Below are positions 61,695-64,000 of a DNA stretch of 64,000 nt, in pieces (position 1 is the first letter of the stretch; each line of letters opens with the position of its first letter). The stretch covers positions 28,643,360-28,707,359 of the forward strand of contig NC_043019.1 of the NCBI RefSeq assembly GCF_006345805.1, written 5' to 3'. Origin of the DNA: Octopus sinensis (taxonomy: Eukaryota). The notes under the pieces are model-generated. The model had not been told where the DNA came from, did no database searches, and was given only the letters and a program-made list of their open reading frames with translations. A program made the position numbers and the translations under genes.

Positions 61695-62142
61695 TTGTTT
61701 GTTTGTTTGTTTGTTTGTTTGTTTGTATGTATGTATGTATGTATGTATGTATGTATGTATGTATGTATGTATGTATGTATGTATGTATGTATGTATGTAT
61801 GTATGTATGTATGTATGTATGTATGTATGTATGTATGTATGTTTGTTTGTTTGTATGTATGTATGTATGTATGTATGTATGTATGTATGTTTGTTTGTTT
61901 GTTTGTTTGTTTGTATGTATGTATGTATGTATGTTGTATGTATGTATGTATGTATGTATGTATGTATGTATGTATGTATGTATGTATGTATGTATGTATG
62001 TATGTATGTTTGTTTGTTTGTATGTATGTATGTATGTATGTATGTATGTATGTATGTTTGTTTGTTTGTTTGTTTGTATGTATGTATGTATGTATGTATG
62101 TATGTATGTATGTATGTATGTATGTATGTATGTATGTATGCA
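61695..62142. repeat. (GTAT)n/(GTTT)n compound microsatellite
   Basis: Direct inspection. Confidence 0.95.
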
Positions 62143-62234
62143 TGTAGGTAGGCAGGTAGGTAGATATATGTATGTGAATATGACTGTACGTATACACATA
62201 TATATATGCATGTGTGTGTCTCTCTGTGTGTGTG

Positions 62235-62277
<43 letters not shown>

Positions 62278-62498
62278 CCCTTTCATTACTGCATCTATTT
62301 TGAGATGCTCTGTGTTTCTTTCAATTACTTTAAATATAACAAAGAATTTAGTAAAATAACTTAGTTATCATTTAGCTAGTGTTAGGAACATCAATTGTGA
62401 CTGAGGTTTGGTGGAAGATTTTAATTCAAACCTTATGAAAACAAGGCATTTGTACAACAGAGCCAGAGGCAGTTTCAGCCGGGTTAGTATCGAAAGGG
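62278..62498. mobile_element. piggyBac-like MITE (same family as 38987-39195) in ATAT
   Basis: atat|ccctttcattac ... gtatcgaaaggg|atat. Confidence 0.85.
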
Positions 62499-62644
62499 AT
62501 ATATATATATATACACATTTGTAATTAGTGGCAAAAATAGTATTAGTTAAAAATAGCATTCTGCATATCATTATATCATACATCATATAAAACAGATACA
62601 TTGTTCAAAGTCTGTTAAACTGCAATACATACATACATACATAC

Positions 62645-63205
62645 ATCATCATCATCGTTTAACATTTGCTTTCCATGATAGCATGGGTTGGACGATTTGA
62701 CTGAGGACTGGCGAACCAGATGGCTGCACCAGGCTCCAATCTCATCTGGCTGAGTTTCTACAGCAGGATGCCCTTCCTAACGCCAACCACTCCGAGAATG
62801 TAGTGGGTGCCTTTACATGCCACCGGCATGAGAGCCAGTCAGGCAGTACTGGCAATGGCTATGCTCAAATGGTGTTTTTTTACGTGCCACCTACACAGGA
62901 GCAAGTCTAGCGGCACTGGCAACGACCTTGTTTGAATGTTTTTTACAAGTGCCAGTAAGGCAACGCTGGTAACGATTATGCTCGAATGTTGCTTTTTATG
63001 TGCCACTGGCACGGAAGCCAGTTTGCTGCTCTGGCAATGATCACACTTGAATGGTGCTCTTAGCACTCCATTAGCACGGATGCCAGTCATCAAATTTGAT
63101 TTCGATTTCGATTTCACTTGCTCCAACAGGTCTTCGCAAGCAGAGTTTCGTGTCCAATGAAGGAAAGGCATGAATAAGTGGGCTGGTTACACCTCTGCCA
63201 AGACC
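62645..63205 (-). mobile_element. RTE 3' UTR, subfamily 2
   Basis: Reverse counterpart of 43420-44062. Confidence 0.88.
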
Positions 63206-63234
63206 CAGCAAGCCACATATATAACACAACTCAC

Positions 63235-63281
63235 TTGACATTTATATTGCACAATATTAAAGCTCAATAAAAGAACAAAAC
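63235..63281 (-). CDS. Candidate micro-exon
   Basis: gtgacttttctag|GT TTT..TGT CAA|gtgagt; only open frame FVLLLSFNIVQYKCQ, phase 1-0. Confidence 0.5.
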
Positions 63282-63372
63282 CTAGAAAAGTCACTTAAAA
63301 TATGACAGAAAACAAGAAACTAAATCCCATAACAAGACGAACTGGTGCAGCACACCAACAGGAGGAGTCTAC

Positions 63373-63417
63373 ATTGCTGCAGTCCCCATAAAAATATGAG
63401 CACAATGCCACACACAC
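63373..63417 (-). CDS. Candidate micro-exon
   Basis: atgttcttaag|GT GTG..CAA T|gtagac gives VCGIVLIFLWGLQQ, phase 1-1; weak donor. Confidence 0.3.
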
Positions 63418-63540
63418 CTTAAGAACATGGAGGTGCGCCAGGTGGGGCCATAGAAACATACATACACAAATACATACATACATATGTACGTACATATATA
63501 TGTATGTATTGCAGTTTAACAGACTTTGAACGTTGTATCT

Positions 63541-63672
63541 GAGATCCACTCACAAGGCTTTGGTCGGCCCAAGGCTATAGTAGACAACACTTGCCCGAGG
63601 TTCCACACTATGGGACTGAACCCAGAACCATGTGTTAGAGAAGCAAGCGTCTTACCACACAGCCACACCTGT
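63541..63672 (-). mobile_element. SINE A module (others at 58888-59025, 60160-60315, 60501-60600)
   Basis: Reverse A. Confidence 0.8.
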
Positions 63673-64000
63673 GGTCAAAACCCTTTTTCTTTAGGAAAGA
63701 CTTTGAGTAAATGTTTATATCCTGGATAGTTGAGATAGTTTGGAGAAGGAAAGAGAAAGGTTTAACTGAGTGTAACAGGAATATAGGCAGAATCCCAAAC
63801 ATGATCTTGCTGCCTAGGAATCAAACCCAAATCACAGTGTTCAGATATAAAGATACAAACATGATTTTGTTATAGATTAATGATGTCAGCAAACTACTGC
63901 CTGGTCAGATTTCTGGTAGAAATCACTGTATCCAAATAGAAAGACAACTAAACAATATGGATTGGATTTAGTAAGCGATTGATGACATCAGCAAATAACT

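Noticed and set aside
59344-62359. Long poly-His, poly-Met/Val and YVCM/HTYI ORFs
   Set aside because: Microsatellite translations, as are most ORFs in the supplied track

Overview
AT-rich, repeat-saturated animal genomic DNA with no prokaryotic features. The SINE, LINE and microsatellite repertoire looks like an octopod cephalopod; this is inferred from recalled repeat families, not from a search. Most of the window consists of: (1) four recurrent SINE-like families, named here A/B, C, D and F; (2) 5'-truncated RTE-clade LINEs and their 3' UTRs (family E); (3) Tc1/mariner DD37D (maT) transposase relics; (4) hAT-, piggyBac-, MULE-, Tigger- and Helitron-like non-autonomous elements; (5) long microsatellites. 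Nearly all ORFs in the supplied track are repeat artefacts; the only clearly recognisable protein fragments are RTE ORFs and maT transposase. A chain of phase-compatible, splice-site-bounded micro-exons on the minus strand (about 63.4 to 38.3 kb) may encode an unidentified membrane protein. The most unusual signals are: (i) near-perfect fold-back palindromes inserted in (TA)n tracts, two of which carry type-I hammerhead ribozyme motifs in both arms, plus two further decayed hammerheads from other families; (ii) an RTE LINE whose 3' UTR is a hairpin-rich repeat/spacer array with higher-order periodicity. Boundaries of degenerate repeats are approximate to about 10-20 bp, and all alignments and folds were done by eye.
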